DNA of 64,000 nucleotides from Rhizodiscina lignyota (Eukaryota): NCBI GenBank assembly GCA_010015805.1, contig ML978122.1, positions 716,453 to 780,452 of the forward strand, read 5' to 3'. Shown piece by piece: positions 60,078 to 64,000 of this stretch (position 1 is its first letter; each line of letters starts with the position of its first letter). The notes under the pieces were generated by a model. It saw only the letters and a program-made list of their open reading frames with translations, ran no database searches and was not told where the DNA came from. The position numbers and the translations under genes were made by a program.

Positions 60078-62113
60078 TGTTCGCCGTTATCAGTTATCAA
60101 AAATTGAGCTCCTTCTCGAGCGAAGCCGCCGTGAGGATAGTGGCGCCTACGTCCGCTCGTTCGACATGTGCATTAACTGAGATATGTGAACAGTGCTGTT
60201 GTTGCCTTTGTTCGGGATCAGCTGGTGGATTTGGTTGAATATAGCATGAATACCACACGCTACACCATATCTACTGATGTTTCCCACCCCACTCCACAAG
60301 GTCGACCAGTTGGATATCGAATTTTGAGCCGCAAAACCCTTCATTTTGTTCAGCAGTCTCCATATTGCGTGACTCTTGAAGGACCATGCGAGCGGTAACC
60401 AGTTGTGCTGCCATGTTGAAGCCGCGGTTAACTCCTTTAGTCGCCTTGCAGCAGCCAAATAATCTAGATCCTCCAGAGACCAGGTTGGCATGCGGGGCGA
60501 ATTACGAAGCTGCATAGGGAGCTGAACTATGGATGCAAGAGAAGTGTGCGATGCGGAATCAGCGGCATGCGCCTATCTTAACTAGAAGCAAGGCATCAAG
60601 GCATCACACATGCCGAAGGAGCTGGGCGGTCCCAGATTCTGGCCTTCTGCTGCTGTGCATTTCATTAGCCTATTCTGCGAGCAGCCGGAGGGACTTTCTC
60701 CTTTTGGACCTGACTCCCAGAATGAGATGAAATAGTGGAAGAAACATCTGAGGATATTAGAGACAGGCAATCTCCTGAAGTGGGACTGGTATGAGAAAAG
60801 TGCGAGACCGAGATAGTAGAAAATGCCTGGATTTTCGTATGTCCAGAATTCCCCTGTGATGTGCACCTTGGCAAGCCACTTCTCTGGATGCTGAACGTAT
60901 CTTACGTACCCTCATCCGGTTCCTCGAGGCACTCGTCTTGGGAAATAGTGACAACACATAGATCAAATTGATTTTTGATCCCCTGAAGCTTGTCGACACG
61001 TTTCCAGGTTCATGTCTTCCGATTCCTTTATCGTACGCTCTCGGCTAGCCGAGCGGAGTGCCTTCGGACCCGATAGAATACTTCGTGCACGCTTCACTCT
61101 CGAAGCAGGTGAGAGCATCGATGTATTAAGCTTGAAGTCTCTGATGTCGTTCAATGTGGTCAATGGATAGTTGTACGGTATGACTCTCCAGAGATAACCT
61201 GAACGGCTTTGGAAGGCTCCAAGGAGAGCTGCAGCCAGGCCAGGAGGATGTCGGTAGCAAAGTCGTTGTCCGGCACATAGGTAGCTGGAACCTAGTCCTC
61301 AGTCCAATTGAGTTTTGTTATATTTTTCTTCGCGAAAGCATAAACACGCCTTTTGAGCACCCGGAAATGCCTCTTGTAACACGTCTAGTCGATTTGGATA
61401 GCAGGGGCTGCCATCTGGAAAGGACAAGAGGAGTTCTTGGGAAGCCCTTCGAAGGCAGCGCGTGCCAGCCAATAGGAGCAGCGGATCAACCAATGTATTT
61501 CCGAATTTCGCTAGCCATCGTTGACCATGGCTAGCAATTACAAAAGGAGAGTTCTCGTTCAATAATTTTAAAGCAAATAAGTAAACAACTTCTAAAAGAT
61601 GAAGGGGCTGTACATGGGTAGGTATTGTTTATTTGTATAACTGCCGAAAGAAGCGATTCTGTCGAGGAGCAAGAGCACAAAATCTACTTCGTAAGAGAAC
61701 AATTTTACGTGATCGGAAGACCGGAGGAAACGAGCAAGCTCGAAGTTGGCCGGTGAAACCGGGGAGAGAGCCATTCGCCGATGACCCCGGATTCGATGGA
61801 CCTCATGCAACAGCCTTCAGAGTTGGAAGCGCAGCAGCCACCGCCACCGCATCACTGCATCAGAGCCTCCAAGCCAGGTGCGTCATAGGAGCCAGGGTGA
61901 ACGCTTTGCTTGAATTGCTTCAGCCGGCCGCCTTGACGACTTCATCAATGCTGTAGCCCTTCATCGAACTCGAAATTGTGCAATTTTCTCGTTTGGCTTT
62001 CTTATCATTTCTGTTCAATTGGGATTTCTTTCGTACAATAATAGTGTACTATGATCTTAGCGCTGTCTGATCTCGTAAATTAGGTGTCGAACGGTCGGCA
62101 GCATTGACGAGTC

Positions 62114-64000
62114 ATGGACGCCCCAGATGCAACCGACAGAAACCACAATGAAGCTGTACAGCCATTCTCAGCACTCAAACGGCCTTCCTGCTTAGTATCA
62201 CCTCCTGATTCAACGCGCACGAAGCGACCGAGGTTCAATCCAAGGAGCCTCGATGATTTCTCTAAAGCAGAGCGTACAATCCTGCAAGGAGCCGCAGAGA
62301 TCCTTGATATTCCAGTCGGACATCTCCTAGCCGCAGCCACTTCCTTGTCCTCGTCTGGGAGCACTATCACTTCCCCTGACAGTCGAGATATTGGCTCTCC
62401 ACCAAGCAACGATATACCAAGAGTTGATGGGATTCCATACGAGTCGACCGCGGGCCATTTCTCATTGGCATTACCAAAATCTTCTCACCTGGTACAGCGC
62501 CGATTGGAGTCTTCAGGGACATCACTTGCCGTGGCAAATAATGGAGACTGGATGCAAGACCAGTCATTCAGCTGGGATGAGACGTTTGCTCCTCCACCGG
62601 CGGCGTTATTTAACGATATCGATATGGATTATCAATCTCCCATTCTCATGGCCGAAGTAAATGATGTGCCCAATTCCATGGTAGAACCCAGCTTTCCATG
62701 TACTCAGTCCACGGACGTAGTTGTACAGACCGCTCCCGAGCCCTTATATTTTCGTTCGGACAGGGTCCAACTCGACCTTGGAGCATTCTCTGGGGTGCCA
62801 ACTGCAACATTGCTCCCGGCGAGCAATTCAGAACATCCCTCTCCTCATTCACGGACTGAAACTCGCGATAGACAGGTCGCAACCCCACCGGAATGTGCGG
62901 AGGAGCGCCACAAACCCAACGATATTCGAGATGTGGGCGCGTGCATCCGCTGTCGAGAGCAGCACATACAGGTATGTCATTGCTTTCCAAGGCTTATGTC
63001 ATATTGCAATGGCCGCTGATGAACGTAGTGTGAATCAGATCCTTCGAGTCCAAATGGTTGCTGTCTCACCTGTGCCAAATTACGGACAAGGCGGCTGCCT
63101 TGTTTGCGTTATAAGGTATCAGATGCGCTGCTGTTCGATCATGCAGATCGCCCAAGGCCCTCTTGGTCCCAAAGGTGGAAAAATATGAAGATCGTCGACA
63201 TTAGAGAGTGGGCATCAGACGAAGTCAAAACCATCACCATAACTCAGGACGTTGGAAGCTCATACTATAACCTCCGAGTCCGAAAATTTGTACCTGTTCA
63301 AGGAGACTCCTTATGTCGACGATGGAAACACAATAATGAAGAGCGGTCCTTCCAATGCACACCATATGCCATCGCCAACATGCGAGAGGCTGGACACTCT
63401 CTCCTGCAATTTGCGGAAAAGACTCTCTGCGAGTCTATTTGCTTTTATATCGACGAAACTGATAAATTGCTGCGTGACACATATGCCATGGCATACCGGC
63501 ACTCAAGGTGGGCGAAGGTACGTACATCACGCCTCATATAGATTGAGCTAATATTTGGCTTAAAGCAAGAGAATGAACGACAGCTGCTTCGTGCAGTACT
63601 GCGACTCTGGTGTGCATGTCGGATGGAATCTCGGTCTGAGCGTATCTGCGGCATAGAGGCTCTTGGTATGCAGCCTCAATACTTTGAGGATAGAGATCCC
63701 AACGATGGCCATATTCTCGTACCGCCGGTATTCTCTGCTCAAATGGAGGTAATAGTAACGGCTATGATCCTCCAACCTGCACAGAAACAGGTCCTCAGAC
63801 TCCTCAATAAGGTTTTTGAGGAGTCCAAGAAGCAACGTTCCTGGTTCAGCATATATTTAGCTTTGTTCATTCTACTCCATAGTTGTGCTCTATTAACGGA
63901 GGGAGACAACAAAAAGGCGAAGAAACAAGGATCTGCGGTATGTGTTTTTGACATCAACTACAAAGGCATTGAAGTAGCTTACCGTGCAACGTCAGGCTCG
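62114..64000 (+). CDS. Fungal transcription factor with an internal atypical Zn2Cys6 cluster; 3' end runs off the window
   Basis: Splicing intron 62972-63028 gives GACIRCREQHIQCESDPSSPNGCCLTCAKLRTRRLPCLRYK. Later exons encode LRVRKFVP, TPYAI, VLRLWCACR and WFSIYLALFILLHSC. Confidence 0.8.

Overview
Gene-dense genomic DNA from a filamentous ascomycete (Pezizomycotina; inferred from short introns with CTRAY branch sites, Zn2Cys6 factors, and HET and NACHT genes). About 26 mostly spliced protein-coding genes are supported. Housekeeping and cell-wall genes are a polyamine oxidase-like enzyme, a Yox1-like homeobox factor, a SUN glucanase, a copper-fist TF, NNT1/EFM7, GH81, ATG16, an FMP42-like MFS, CSN5, SNU13, VMA3, MSE1, a type I DnaJ and a Crh GH16. 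Interspersed accessory or defence-type genes are a PNP-NACHT-ankyrin NLR head-to-head with a CorA-like gene, a divergent Argonaute with an N-terminal Cys/His knuckle, a HET protein, a DmpA peptidase, an SDR, a TauD-like dioxygenase and two Zn-cluster TFs. Top observation: both nonsense codons in the NLR ankyrin array lie inside one 99-nt repeat unit bounded by CAG|GT sites, so splicing out that unit would restore a full-length receptor (candidate intron gain by intronization of a repeat). Other notable points are an Argonaute intron whose expected acceptor reads CCG, a DnaJ start codon split by an intron (A|TG), three GC-AG introns, and four HGxxCxCP repeats on the copper-fist TF. No tRNA, rRNA, CRISPR array or intact transposon was seen. 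Exon boundaries and family calls were made by eye, without database searches.
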